A stretch of 64,000 bases of DNA from Eledone cirrhosa (lineage: Eukaryota): positions 29,512,001 to 29,576,000 of the forward strand of contig OZ024751.1 of assembly GCA_964016885.1 (NCBI GenBank), read 5' to 3'. Shown in pieces: positions 1 to 13,205 of the stretch (position 1 is its first letter; each line of letters starts with the position of its first letter). The notes beneath the pieces are model-generated. The model was given only the letters and a program-made list of their open reading frames with translations, did not search any database and was not told the origin of the DNA. A program made the position numbers and the translations under genes.

Positions 1-35
1 ATATATATATATATGTGTGTGTATATATATATATA

Positions 36-66
<31 letters not shown>

Positions 67-357
67 GTGTGTATATTTATATATATATATATATATGTGT
101 GTATATTTATATATATATGTGTGTGTATATTTATATATATATATGTGTGTGTATATTTATATATATATATATGTGTATATATATATATATGTCTGTGTAT
201 ATTTATATATATATATATGTGCATATATATATATATGTGTGTGTGTATATTTTTATATATATGTGTATATATATATATATATATATGTGTGTGTATATAT
301 TTATATATATGTGTATATATATATATGTGTGTATATATTTATATATATATATATATA

Positions 358-392
358 TACAGGGTGTCCCCAAAAATGTACACATTCTTCAA
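358..392 (+). mobile_element. Isolated Tc1/mariner-like terminal inverted repeat fragment
   Basis: TA+CAGGGTGTCCCCAAAAATGTACACATT follows a (TA)n tract and resembles Tc1/mariner TIR starts. No partner TIR was found. Confidence 0.3.
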
Positions 393-572
393 CAGCATTC
401 TAATAAATATTGCCTGTACAGGTAATCAAAGTATATACAGACACATATATATTGATATTTACAGACGCACACACACACACATTTATATATAGGCCACATA
501 CAAAGTATATATATCTTTCTTTATGTATATATATATACAGACATATATATGAGATATTTACAAACACACAGG

Positions 573-632
<60 letters not shown>

Positions 633-751
633 GCATTGTACGTGGCCAATCTGCTCGTGTTGTACTTACATTCAAGATTTTTATATTCAGTAGATTTCAC
701 CTATTCTCTGTTTTTCTGCCAGATATTTTTTCTTTCTTTTGTAATAATTAT

Positions 752-792
<41 letters not shown>

Positions 793-1911
793 CGTGTGTA
801 TGTGTGTTTTGTTTCTGTTTTGTTTGTTTTTTTGCTACTCAAAACTGTAGAATCATGGATTCATGGATATTCTCTAATTCTTTCTTATTTCACTCCTGAT
901 TCTGTTATCTCCTGTGTTATTCCAGTTCCAACTTGTCTCTAATACTGTCTTAATAATTTTACTTTGGTTTGTTTTATTTTCTTCATCAAAAGTTTGGAAC
1001 CAAATTCAAACTGACAGCTTTTCAAACGAGAAATATTCTCTTTCTTAGGTTTTAATTCTTTTCTTTTTCATTTTATTTTATTTTATTTTATTTTATTTTG
1101 TTTTATCTCATTCAAAGAGTTAGTTTATTTATTTATTTATTGGTAAATCTGGCAGCAACAAAGGTTTGAGTGGAGTCATTGGAACAGAACAAAATAAAAT
1201 AAGGTTGGCAGATAAAGAAGGTCCACAGGATTAACTGTTGAGAAAGGATTCTGACTTCAGCTTGTTGCCTTTGTCCCTCTGTTGTTCTTCCAGAAAGATC
1301 TATTTAATATGAGTGTGAGTGTTCGTAGAGGAAACTGCAATATTGTTTTTCTTTTCTTTTCTTTTATTCTCTTTGACCTCCATATTAAGTATTATATGTA
1401 GATTGAAATGTGTTTCTATAAATATTACGGAATTTAGTTTCGGTAGTGGTGGTGTGGTTTAAAGGAACTGGTAAATATATGAAGTAGAAATAAATAATAA
1501 TAAGTTATATTTTGGGGAGAAGAAATTACAAAAGATCGGAAAATAAAGGGAGGTAAGAAATTTTAAACAAATTAGATTAATGGTGAAGGTGAATTTAAAA
1601 TACAAAACTTTGGGAATGTATAAGTAAAAGGAAGGGAAAATGTAAGTAAAAATATTTTTTGTGAAAGGATGTGTTCCTGCTTTGCTTGGCAAAATTCTGA
1701 TAGACCTAGCTTGAAGTCGAAATAATCCGGAATCTGAATATGTGTGTATGTATATGTGTATGTTGCGTGTTTACTGTGTTTGTGTGTGTGCACTTTGTGT
1801 ATATGCTCTGGGTGTACTATTTGTGTATGTATGTGTGTACTGTGCATGTATGTGTGTACGTATACTGTGTGTACTGTGTGTAGATGTACTCTGTGTGTAT
1901 ATTGTTATGAG

Positions 1912-2373
1912 TTTCTGCTACTTAAGGTCAGCCTTCACAACCTCATCCCATATCTTCCTGCATTTGCCTCTTCATGAGTTCCATCCACTAAGATTTTTCT
2001 GTATCTCTTTATACATCTTTTATTTTCCATATCCATCACATTATCTTCCATAGACATCCATACCAGTGCAGTCTTCTCTCTTGCATATTGCTTCCAATTT
2101 ATTTATGCTATGTTACACATCCATCAGAGCATGCCTGCTTCATTTTGTTCCAGCCTTCTCAAGTTTTCTGCAGTCAAGGTCAAGTCTCACTGCCATGTAG
2201 CTTTGCAGTTTTCATACAATCAGCATTATGTCTATCCTTCACTCTGAGCAAGAAGCTCCTTGTTGTCTGCAAAGGAATCAACTGACTAAATTTATTACAG
2301 TCTGTTCTTACCTTGGCCATCATACTTTCAGAGCACCCTTCCCACCATTGCTATTCAGATCACCTAGGTTACA
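1912..2373 (-). mobile_element. Decayed RTE-type LINE, C-terminal part of the RT ORF
   Basis: The minus strand reads, with stops and frameshifts, LGDL..GCSES..KVR, LHGSET, AENLRRLEQNEAGML*WM, MQERRLHWYG and GKCRKIWDEVVKADL. These are colinear with the RTE ORF at 20925-21800. Confidence 0.8.
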
Positions 2374-2439
2374 ATATACATACACACACATATACTGGTC
2401 ATGTAGGCATCACAACAAAAAGCACCCAGAGCTCAATGT

Positions 2440-2837
2440 AAATGAGTACAAAGCGAAACCTACAGTCAGTAGGCACCTCTTAATCAAATATACACCCCCC
2501 TCCCATTACCCCGCCCCCACACCCATCAACACCACCCCTTTCTCTGTAAAGTTATGTTGGTACCACAACATCCAGTCCTAAATAAATGAGGTCGTTAGGT
2601 GTCACGACCAAAAAACACACAGGCCATGCTGTAATGTGGCCATGTAGGTAACACGGTAAAAACCTCCCAGTCCACACTGTAAACGTGGTTGGTGTTAGGA
2701 AGGGCATCCAGCCGTAGAAAACCTGCCAGACAGTCCCATACGAGGGAGACGACCAATCTTGCCTCAAGTGGGACAATTCCCGTCTAAACCCATGCTAGCG
2801 TGGAAGATAGACGTTAAACGATGATGATGATGATGAT
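2440..2837 (+). mobile_element. RTE LINE 3' UTR (5'-truncated copy) ending in (GAT)n
   Basis: Near-identical to 15370-15762, which is directly attached to RTE coding sequence. It ends CCCATGCTAGCGTGGAAGATAGACGTTAAAC(GAT)n. Confidence 0.85.
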
Positions 2838-3194
2838 TGTTGGAAGCAACTATTTTCATTTCTAAAAATGTTAACATGAAACAGACATAGTTACTAATAT
2901 AAGGAAATGTACCAAACACAAACTTACAGGAGACTGAAAAATGTATGACTAAAAAGAAACATGAAGAAATGTACTTTGACCATTGTTACAACTGTTTTAA
3001 CAATTTCTATTCCTGTTTTTAACTTGTTCTGTTAATCTCCTTCAGAAATTATAAAATAGTGTAAATTAGTTCTGAGATGATAAATTTATTATAATATCAC
3101 AATAAAAGCATTTTGCTGTCAAATTACTTTTTAATTATTTCACTATCTATATATTTGATGTTTTAGTATCTAATATATTTTTGAAAGTATTTAA

Positions 3195-3415
3195 CCCTTT
3201 AGCATTTAAACTGGCCATATCCGGCCAAAATAATATCACCTCTTTCTGTTCAAACTGGCCGTAACTGGCCACTCATACTGATGTTAAGGTGTTGTTCTCA
3301 AAATAAATAATATCAAAATACATATATATATCTTGTAGATTCAATATTATGTGAGATAAAGCCTTTACTGTGAAAATACAATAATAAATATAGAGTAAAT
3401 GTAAATGCTAAAGGG
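3195..3415. mobile_element. piggyBac-like MITE (TTAA target duplication, CCC...GGG termini)
   Basis: TTAA|CCCTTTAGCATTTA ... TAAATGCTAAAGGG|TTAA. Homologous copies at 16734, 28542, 40224, 42901, 46273 and 61397. Confidence 0.8.
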
Positions 3416-3473
3416 TTAAACCCTTTTGATGCCAAACTACCTGAAGCCACCTGCTTATTTTTAAATGTTTATA

Positions 3474-3668
3474 AGGGTTGGTTGAAAGGTTCATAGGCTG
3501 ACCAAGATACTTTCATGGAATGACCAAATGAAGTTTATTCTTGAACTTAGTCCCTGGAAAGAAACAATGCAGTTATTAATAATTGAATTGAAATTAATGC
3601 ATGCAAGATTTCACAGCTCTAGCATCAATCCTTCATAGTTAGCCTATGAACTTTTCAGCCGTCCCATG
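3474..3668. mobile_element. Tc1/mariner-like MITE
   Basis: TIRs GGTTGGTTGAAAGGTTCATAGGCTGAC / GTTAGCCTATGAACTTTTCAGCCGTCC with TA flanks. A second, truncated copy lies at about 60647-60810. Confidence 0.65.
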
Positions 3669-3674
3669 TATATT

Positions 3675-3800
3675 TATACTTGAGCAACATGAAATAAAGT
3701 GTCTTGCTCAAGGACACAACACATCACCCAGTCTGAGAATCAAACTCACAACTTCCCGATTGCAAGCCCAATGCTCTAACCACTAAGCCATGTTCCTCAC
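3675..3800 (-). mobile_element. tRNA-derived CORE-like SINE
   Basis: The reverse strand has A-box TGGCTTAGTGG, a B-box-like GTTTGATTC and GTGTCCTTGAGCAAGACACTTTATTTC. Same family as 29897, 32863, 40888 and 53160. Confidence 0.7.
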
Positions 3801-5089
3801 TAATGTACAGGCAAAGTACTTCATTAGACATATGGTGAGGAACATGTTCAATGATGTTCCAAACATCAGCTTAATAAAGGAGGAAAATCTAGTTAGTTAT
3901 TCTTGATTTTCAAAATGAGAGTCACTGAATTTTACAAAAATATTTGTCACAAAAGGGTTAAAACTTTCCATAGAAATGATCACATGCTTAAAGAAATAAC
4001 CCAGCAAGTTATTTAATATATGTGAAATTATGAAAAATTACAGAAGTATTTCAAGCATGTGTTATTTTATATTACACTGTTTCAATATTGTAACTATCTT
4101 TAATGTAACATATATAACATATAGGAGAACCAGTTAAAATTGAGATGGCATTTGGCCAACCCTCTCTGATAAATATCATTGAACTGGGGAACATAAGGCC
4201 TCGATTTAAATTCCAATAAAACTATCTTGTAGATCTAAAAACCTATATATCTTGTGCCTACATGACTAGTACATCAAAGAGGTGGTTTAATGTAATACAT
4301 AAATGACAAGACTTGCAGAATAACGATGAAAATTTAGCCCATCTTTATTTTTATATATTTTTGTTTCATTTTTAGTTTTATTTCTATTTAGCTCCCAGCT
4401 TTGTGCTTTATCTACAGAAACAGATGTTAAAATGTATATAGTGTATTAAAATACTATGATTTGGGCCATAAATTCTATCGTGATTTGTCAGAAGTAATAT
4501 TAACTGCATTTAAAACAATTGTTTTATATTATTGAAAGGAACATTTTAATGTTTACTATCATACACATATATATATAAACCCAGCCAAAGAGAATGTCCA
4601 ATGTGTCTTAATCTTTTTATATGTTCCTTGTTTTGTTAGTATTATGTTTGAGCAAATGAATCAGAGACTACAAAAAGAATTCAACCATAAGAAATAGTTT
4701 TAAATGCTCCAAATAGTTTTAAAAACTAATAATGGTATCATTAACTCCTGTCTATAAGAAGTTGATAGACCGTGATATGGAGTAACATTCACAGCAAGTT
4801 GCCTGTAATAAAATCCTTTATTTTTCATATAGCTATTTTTTTTTTCTGTTTGTTTTAAACAAGAGGTCGATAAATAAAGTACCAATCTAGAGGTAGTGGT
4901 TTGGTGGAACTTAGTACAGTATTGGACAAGAGGATTCTTTTTATATTTGTTTGCTCCTTTGTGGAAATCCTTGGGGAAATCAGGTTCTTTCTTCCTTTCT
5001 TTCTGTATTCCTCCCCAATGGAATTGAAGTTAGTTATTATTTAACAAGAATCTGCTACTGGAAAGAAAAGGAGAGGAGTGATTATCAGA

Positions 5090-5370
5090 TAACTCCAGCT
5101 GCCCCAGTTTTTGGCCAATCGTAATAAGGGTTAATCCAATACTCTAATAACTTCCCCCATTTTTCTGCCAATCTAATATTTTAATAAGGGTTATCTCAGT
5201 GTTCTTATAACTGCCTCCAGTTTTCTGCCAATCTATTATTTTAATAAGGGTTACCCCAATGCAATAACTTAGCCAGTTTTCTGTCAGTTTGCTATTCTAA
5301 CAAGGGCTAGCCCAATGTACTAACAGCTGTTCTCAGTTTTTCTGCCAATGTTCTATTGTAACAGCTAAAA
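5090..5370. repeat. Degenerate tandem repeat of about 60 bp, about 4-5 copies
   Basis: Recurring CAGTTTTCTGCCAAT...TAATAAGGGTTA...ATAACT. Confidence 0.6.
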
Positions 5371-6127
5371 TATTGTTGTCAAAGAAACAACCCAAGACAT
5401 GTTGCTGTTCTTCTCTTTAGAGCTGGCTGTAAGCAACTGCAGAATATAATTCCCTGATTGCAGGCCAATGAATTCTTCAATTGCTTTCAAGATTTCTCAT
5501 TCTCTCAGTCTTCTCATCCTCTTCTTCAAACACCTACCACCCCTCTTCAATTCCTCCCAATAAAAGAGAAAAAAAGGAGAGAGAGAGTGGGGAGAGAAAA
5601 GAATGGAAAGGGAAGTGATAAATTCTTCACTACTTAAGCGGAAATTACCATGTGTATGTCTTTGGACAAAATGGTCACCATGTCTCCCCATTCTCTGTTC
5701 TTCATTCTCTATTCTTTTCATAGAGAAGTAGCAGCAGTTAAGGCATAGCTCTGATTACCATTTTTGCCCAGCAATTTCAGATACTCCATGTGGAGCTACT
5801 GCGCTGCCAGTTCTCAAAAACGTCTTTGAAGATTTTAGTAAATCACTCTAATTCTCTTGGAGACAGAAATCAGCAATTTATCTTGATCATTTCTTTGTTA
5901 GGATTTTTTTTTTATATTTTAATTTATTCCAACTATTATTATCATTCTTGTTTTTGTTATCATTATTATTATTATTATTATTATTATTTATTTTATTATT
6001 TATCCTTTTTTTAATTGTATAATCATTATTATTCCCATTATTATTATTCCACCATCATGTGCCCTTGTGGCCAATGAAAGAAATCATTATTGTTTGTTGT
6101 TGTAGTTATATTTATGTGTTGGTTTTT

Positions 6128-6193
<66 letters not shown>

Positions 6194-6436
6194 AGGACCG
6201 TGACGAGTGGAGAGATGCTGTGCTGAATAAGACCCGTCCCACCCTTGCAAGCAGGGAAGAGTGGACGTATGATGATGATGATGATATATATATATATATA
6301 CACACACATATATATATATATATATACACACATATATTGTATATACATATCTAGTATAATAATACACATATTATATACACACACACACATATATATATAT
6401 GTTTATATATATATAGTTATGTATATATATATATAT

Positions 6437-6471
<35 letters not shown>

Positions 6472-7261
6472 TATATGTATATATACACATATATTATATA
6501 TAGTTATATATATATATTTGTTTTGTTTTTTTTCTCATATGAAGAAAAATAGAAATTATCAGCGCTGCTATTCCATTCTTATGAAATTTCTACTACCATT
6601 AAATAAATAAATAAATATGTAAATAAATAGATAAACAACAACAACAACAACATAAACAACAGCAAAAGAGGTTGTTTGTTAGAAGTGGTGGTGGCAGCAG
6701 AGGGTATGTTTGGCTATTTGATGTGCACAGATTTAAGGGGAAGGTCAGGGGTAGCAGTGTTAGTAGTGATGGTGGTGGCGGTGGTTAGTGATGCTGCAGG
6801 TGGTGGTGGTAGCGCTGGCAGTGTCAGAAGTGGTGGTGGTGGTGGTAGTAGTGGTAGTGGTAGCAGTGTCGGTATCGGTGGTGGTGGTTAGTGATGCTGG
6901 AGATGATAGCGGTGGTGGTGGTGGTGATAGAGGTGGTAGAGGTGATGATGATGATAGGAGTGATGCTGGAGGTAGTGGTGGTAGCAGTGATGCAGGAGGT
7001 GGTGTAGGTAATGGCAGGAGTAGGAGTAATGTAGTTGTCAGTAGGAGGTTTAGAAAAAAAAGGGAGGGGGGGGGGGGCAGTGGAGTTATATAACTGCAAT
7101 TGCTGCCTGCCCCCTCCAGGTTATTGAGCGAAAGAAGAGTGAGGGAGGGAGAGAGAGAGGCGATATGAGGGGGGGGGGCAGTGTTTTGGAGGTGGACTAA
7201 ATTATCATGCTCACCTAATTACAGACCAAAGTGGTCAAAGTAGAGGGAGGGGAATATATGC

Positions 7262-7293
<32 letters not shown>

Positions 7294-7488
7294 GTATATG
7301 CATGTGTGTATATATATATGTATATGCATGTGTATATGTATATATATATATATATATGCATACATACATGCACACACTCACACAAGTATATATATATATA
7401 TATATATACTTGCAAGCACATATGTGTATATATACATATATACCTATCATCATCACCATTTTACATTTAATTTCCATATATATATATA

Positions 7489-7530
<42 letters not shown>

Positions 7531-7836
7531 TATACATAAATATAACATATATATGTGTGTGTATATATATAAAAGAAATGAAACTGTTCTCAGCCAGCAC
7601 CAGCCCCGCCGCCATTCCTAGGACTCAAGGTTAAGAGTGTAGTGTAAAGAGAGAGAGTGAGTGAGAGAGAGAGAGTGAGTGAGAGTGAAGATTTCTAGCT
7701 TCACTAAAGGCCTTACCAATCTTGATAACCATTCTGGTTTCTGTGAATGTCATGATATCACCTATATAGTGTTTCCACTGGAAATCTAAAGAATAGGAGT
7801 TATATTTTGTGGGGATTATTATTATAATATATCTAT

Positions 7837-7881
<45 letters not shown>

Positions 7882-8328
7882 TGGGGTGGTGTAAATTCTA
7901 GTTGTCTTCAGTTGGTATTGTTATGGTGATTAACTGGTGTACATTAACTACAGCACCATATAATCACTAAGATTTGTGGCATGTAGTGTAGGGGTGTCAA
8001 ATTCTGAGCCATTTGCCAGGCATGTGTATCGTGTGGGTGATTCTCTGTCTGTGTATAATTATATATTTATGTGTGTATGTACATAAATGTGTGTGTGTGT
8101 GTATGTCTATACATATGTGTGTGTATACATATTCACACATACATATATATATATATACACATACAAAGATTTATGAATGGAGATATCCACTAAGATTTGA
8201 CTAAACAAGATGTTGGGAACTTGATGTGTTGCTATGATTATTAATCCCTTAAACTATTTGGTTTTGCTTTATATATATATATATAATTATATATAAATAA
8301 ATATATATGTGTGTGTATGCGTATATAG

Positions 8329-8379
<51 letters not shown>

Positions 8380-8597
8380 TATATAACCCTTCTTAGCAGG
8401 GAAGTGGACGTTAAAACAACAATGTTATATATATATATATATATATACCATCATTATCATCATCGATTAACGTCCATCTTCCATGCTAGCATTGGTTAGA
8501 CGGGTCCTATTTTGAAGCAAGTTGTGCTGAGTGACCATGTCTCACTCATATAGGGGTGTCTCTGGCTGGTTTTCTACAGCTGGATGCCCTTCCTAAC

Positions 8598-8664
<67 letters not shown>

Positions 8665-8677
8665 AGCACTCTACAGA

Positions 8678-8798
8678 ATATCAATGATATTAATAAATGG
8701 AAACTATCTTTATAAAACCATATTTATTTTATTATATTTTATTAATATAATAAAATAAATATGGTTTTATAAAGATAGTTTCCATTTATTAATATCAT

Positions 8799-8804
<6 letters not shown>
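8678..8804. repeat. Near-perfect AT-rich palindrome (about 60-bp arms)
   Basis: ATATCAATGATATTAATAAATGGAAACTATCTTTATAAAACCATATTTATTTTATTATA is mirrored by its reverse complement across a spacer of about 7 nt. It sits between two (TA)n tracts. Confidence 0.9.
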
Positions 8805-8833
<29 letters not shown>

Positions 8834-9544
8834 AAGAGTGAAGAATAACATGGTCAACAGTACAAAAAGGGTTTTATTTACAATATTAACAATTGTTTCA
8901 TTGGTTAAGTTGTCTTAAAATTGCTAATCACTTGAATTTGTGTCACTCAATTTTAAATACGATGTATGCTTAACCAAATCATTTGAAAAAAACTGTTTAA
9001 AATTATACACAGCATTTGCAAATTCAAATTACATCATTAATAAAGAAAGAAAAAGAAGAAAAAAGAAAAATATAGAGAGGAGAAAGAAAGAAAGAAAGAA
9101 GAAAAAAAGATAAAGAAAAAATGAATAATAATAAATAAGTTATAACGAAGATGATAAAAAATAAATAAAAAAATGTTATGTGTGTGAAGAAAATGAACAT
9201 AGTATGATTGTTGAAAATATTTGTGGTGTTGGTGATTAAAATATAAAGTTATGATGATATAAACATGAAAGTATTAAATATATTCATATATGTATTATTT
9301 AAATTAAGACATTAATTAATTGGAAGTTATATTAGAAGTGAAGATAATATGATAGGTTATAATGTAAGAGATGAAATATATTTAGGGAAAGAAATTGAAA
9401 AATAGAAAATGAAAGAAAGAAAATATAATAGGTTATGATGTTGATTCATTGACAGTTAATAACAATAATAACAATAATGATGATAATGGGTTATTATAAT
9501 AAACTCAGGTGGTATAATTTGAATTATGGAATTGTTGGGTCGAA

Positions 9545-9966
9545 TCAAATTGGTTTGGAATTATCGAATTTATTCGCTGCTTTATGTCTACAGAAAATTG
9601 ACTGTTCAATTTTGCAGCATGTTGTCATATTTTAAAATATGGAATAATTCCATATTACAAAGTCTACAATGGGACATACCAATTTTGTAGGCCATTGCTC
9701 CTGAAAATTTAGACCAGTTAATCCTGTATTCTTGATTTGTATCGTTGAGCTGCCAGATTTTATTGGCAAGCGTTGTTGTATTAATTAGTTTACAGTTTGT
9801 TATAGAATGTCCGTGAACGTACCAACATTTGTTTAACTCCCCCACCATAGAACCTATGTAGTGCCATGCTAAGTTGCCTGAATTTATAGTACATTGGTAC
9901 ACTATATTAGATTCAAGGTATTTATTTTGTAGAGGGCACTTATCTGGTAAGTAACAGACAGTTACA
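9545..9966 (-). pseudogene. Penelope-like GIY-YIG endonuclease domain, frameshifted
   Basis: Reads CNC..PDKCPLQNKYLESNIVYQCTI..HYIGS..H..S..TTLANKIWQL..INW..AY...CRLCNMELFHIL..(frameshift)..CRHK..KF. This matches the CxC-x4-CPL / VYQ..YIG / CxLC / CRH pattern of Penelope-like endonucleases. Confidence 0.8.
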
Positions 9967-10002
9967 TTTTGAGACCTTCCTAAGTGCCAGTTCAGCGAAT
10001 CG

Positions 10003-10093
10003 GTTTTGTATGTTGTTATGTATGTTGTTTTGTATGTTGTTTTGTATGTTGTTTTGTATGTTGTTTTGTATGTTGTTATGTATGTTGTATGTT
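10003..10093. repeat. 12-bp minisatellite (GTATGTTGTTTT)n
   Basis: About 7 direct copies between the endonuclease remnant and the HHR. Confidence 0.85.
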
Positions 10094-10111
10094 ATAATAA
10101 ACAACACAATG

Positions 10112-10193
10112 TAATTATTCCATTACCGAGGGCTTCAGGAAACTGGACGATCCTTACAGAAGCGTCCAGCTCATTCATCAGATGAACTAGTTA
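10112..10193 (-). ncRNA. Type I hammerhead ribozyme motif (A15.1->G variant)
   Basis: Minus strand: UUCAU-CUGAUGA-[..CUGGACG/CGUCCAG..]-GAAG-CC CUC GG-UA-AUGGA. Stems I, II and III all pair. The GAAA box reads GAAG. Confidence 0.65.
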
Positions 10194-10272
10194 TTTGTTT
10201 ATTATGTAATTAAATAGCTCTGTACTAAACATAGAGCACTCTTCTCTCCTTTATTTTTTGTATGTAAATACT

Positions 10273-10308
<36 letters not shown>

Positions 10309-10953
10309 ACGCACACACACATATATATAGAGAGAGAAGGTGAGAGAGAAAGAGATGTTGATCAATGAAAACAAAACGTGAATATTGGTGCTTAATCAGT
10401 TCATTGTTTTACGATCGTTTCAGGAAGTTGATTGATCAGTATAGATTGATTTATTGACTAATTGATAGTAGTAGTTATGCAACCATATTATTAGTCTTGA
10501 TACTCCAGATTCAACTCATCAACTTATACCAGGATAGAAAACGGATGTTTAATGGATGGGATGATGATATACATGTGTGTGTGTATGTATTTGTGTGTGT
10601 GTGTATATATATATGTACACACACACATACTCAACACAATTGTGCAATAGTTCCTCAGATTTACTATGAGACTAGAATGATATGAATGGATTATATTCAA
10701 AAGTTCAGAAGAAATCTTGCATACCAACACAATACTATAATGTATATGTATGTAATTCATACATATACACACATGCATATATATATATATGTGTATATAT
10801 ATATATATATGATTTGTTTATCTCTGAACATTGATAAAGTGTTCATTGTAGATATGTGTTTACATATATATATACATATACATACACACACATATATATA
10901 TATATATGATGATACACACATATATATATATATACATATATATATTCATATAA

Positions 10954-11014
<61 letters not shown>

Positions 11015-11329
11015 CCTGTATACTTTGGACTTCTTCTTAAGCTTCTGTCACTTGTGCTTTATGTGAAAATATTAGATAACCAACCAATATCCACCACCAC
11101 CACCTCTATTTATCTGATATGATCTTGCTCTTTGACTTTAGCTGTCCCTTATCACTCTTTGTTTGTTTCATTGCATCATCTTGTTTTTATTTGTTTGTTT
11201 GATTTTTGTTGGTGGTCTGTGTCTTTTTTTTTTGTTACTGTGGCTGTATTTGTAGATGTAGTTGTTTATTAATAGTATATTATATATTAGGTACTGAATT
11301 ATTAATATACTGCAATTGCTGTGCTCATT

Positions 11330-11368
<39 letters not shown>

Positions 11369-11482
11369 ATTTTTATCATGGTGATATTGTTGTGGATTCT
11401 GCGATAAACTGTATATGATAAGAGAGATAGTGTTTGTTGCAACTGTGAAGGATTATGGTTAAAAGCATTGTATGTATGTATG

Positions 11483-11526
<44 letters not shown>

Positions 11527-11530
11527 TATG

Positions 11531-11595
<65 letters not shown>

Positions 11596-11676
11596 ATGTA
11601 TATATATATATATATATATGTGTGTATGTATATATGTGTGTGTGTGTGTATGTATATATATGTGTGTGCGTGTGTG

Positions 11677-11709
<33 letters not shown>

Positions 11710-12049
11710 GTATATATATATGTGTGTGTGTTTGTATATATATGTATGTATATATATAAATGGAATAGAATGAAACAAAATTTCATTTCTCGCTCTTAGT
11801 ATGGCACTTAAATGTAAGTACGTATGTATGTGCGTATACATACATACATACTTACATTTATATATATATATATGTATGTATGGATGCATATATATATATA
11901 TGTATATATATATATATGTGTATGTATATAGATATGTATATATATATATATGTGTATGTATATATATATATATATATGTGTATGTATGTCCCACCCTTGC
12001 AAGCAGGGAAAAGCAGACGTAAAATGATGTATGTATATATATATATGTG

Positions 12050-12096
<47 letters not shown>

Positions 12097-12231
12097 GTGT
12101 ATGTATGTTTGTATATATATAAATATGTATCTGTGTATGTATGTTTGTATATATATAAATATGTATAGGTGTATGTATGTATGTGTATATATGTGTATAT
12201 ATATATCTGTGTATGTATGTATATATATGTG

Positions 12232-12262
<31 letters not shown>

Positions 12263-12325
12263 CATTCACTTCCAGCTTAGTAGTAAGATTCTAAGCAGAA
12301 ACGTATTATTATTATTATTATCATT

Positions 12326-12940
12326 GGTGGATTGACAATAATAGTTGTGTCAGGCAATATTTACATTCCGAGTTCAAATCCTGCCAAGGTTAGCTTTGCC
12401 TTTCATCATTATGAGTGTCTATATAATAAATTACCAGTAATGCACTGGGGTTAATTTAATCGACTTTCGCTTCCCCTCAAAATGATTGGCCCTGTGCCTA
12501 AATCCCAAACCATTATTGTTATTAGGGTCAGAGCGGCAGATTTGCATAATTGGTAGAGGGTCGGATGACATGCTTCACAGCATAGAGTTACAACCTTTTA
12601 TGATCTGAGTTCAAATCCTGCCGAGGTTAACTTTGCCTTTCATCCTTAAGGGGTCAATAAAATAAAGTACCAGTAATGCAACTGGGGTCGATTTAATCAA
12701 CTTTCCCCTCTCACCAAATTGCTGGCCTTGTGCCTATAGTGTAAATGGTTTGATTGGCAGTATCGGTAGAGGGTCGGACGCCATGCTTTGACGCATAGAG
12801 TTACGGTCCTTGCCATTCTGAGTTCAAATCCCGCCGAGGTTAACTTTGCCTTTCATCCTTACGGGGTCGATAAAATAAAGTACCAGTAATGCACTGGGTA
12901 ATTGCTGGCCTTGTGCCAAAAGTAGAAACAATTATTATTA
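12326..12940 (+). mobile_element. Three head-to-tail tRNA-derived SINEs (Meta-domain-like family)
   Basis: Three copies of the B-box GAGTTCAAATCC followed by GCCTTTCATCCTT..GGGGTCGATAAAATAAAGTACCAG and an (ATT)n-like tail. Confidence 0.8.
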
Positions 12941-13029
12941 GGGTCAAAAACGGAGATTTATATATACATATATTTAAATCTCCGTTTTATATATTACCAC
13001 CTTTTAAAACAAGATCATCTTCACAAAAC

Positions 13030-13205
13030 GCCAGCATCAACAGTTATCCCAGTGATGCAGACATGAATGGACCTTTTTTTTTCCTAAGACATTCTAACCA
13101 CATATCCATAGTATCAGACTTCTGGATGCAGGAAATTAGTGGCTCTGCATGTAATAGCTCATTGATCTCCAAACTTTTCACCCCATTGAGCACGGAAAGT
13201 AGATG
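13030..13205 (-). mobile_element. Highly decayed RTE-like LINE fragment
   Basis: The minus strand reads LEINELLHAEPLISCIQKS then *YYGYVVRMS, resembling the LRWYGHVxRM motif of the RTE C-terminus. Confidence 0.45.

Larger units (their letters stand above)
8830..10260 (-). mobile_element. Penelope-like retroelement remnant (GIY-YIG endonuclease plus HHR-containing termini)
   Basis: Endonuclease pseudogene at 9545-9966. An HHR motif lies upstream at 10112-10193 and a decayed HHR plus AATAAA lies downstream at about 8870-8990, all on the minus strand. The element abuts (TA)n. Confidence 0.7.

Noticed and set aside
13-899. Numerous YI/CV/HT-rich ORFs here and throughout the window (e.g. 11302-12280, 26438-27215, 31411-32224)
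   Set aside because: They are translations of (TA)n/(TG)n microsatellites, with no splice or codon signal.
5340-5900. Non-repetitive stretch with short ORFs (5497-5721 -)
   Set aside because: All frames are interrupted by stops, with no coherent exon boundaries or recognisable motif.
6676-7099. Gly/Val/Asp-rich ORFs (also 16068-16473, 18212-18528, 33767-34388)
   Set aside because: These are trinucleotide (GGT/GAT/GTA/CAA) low-complexity tracts.
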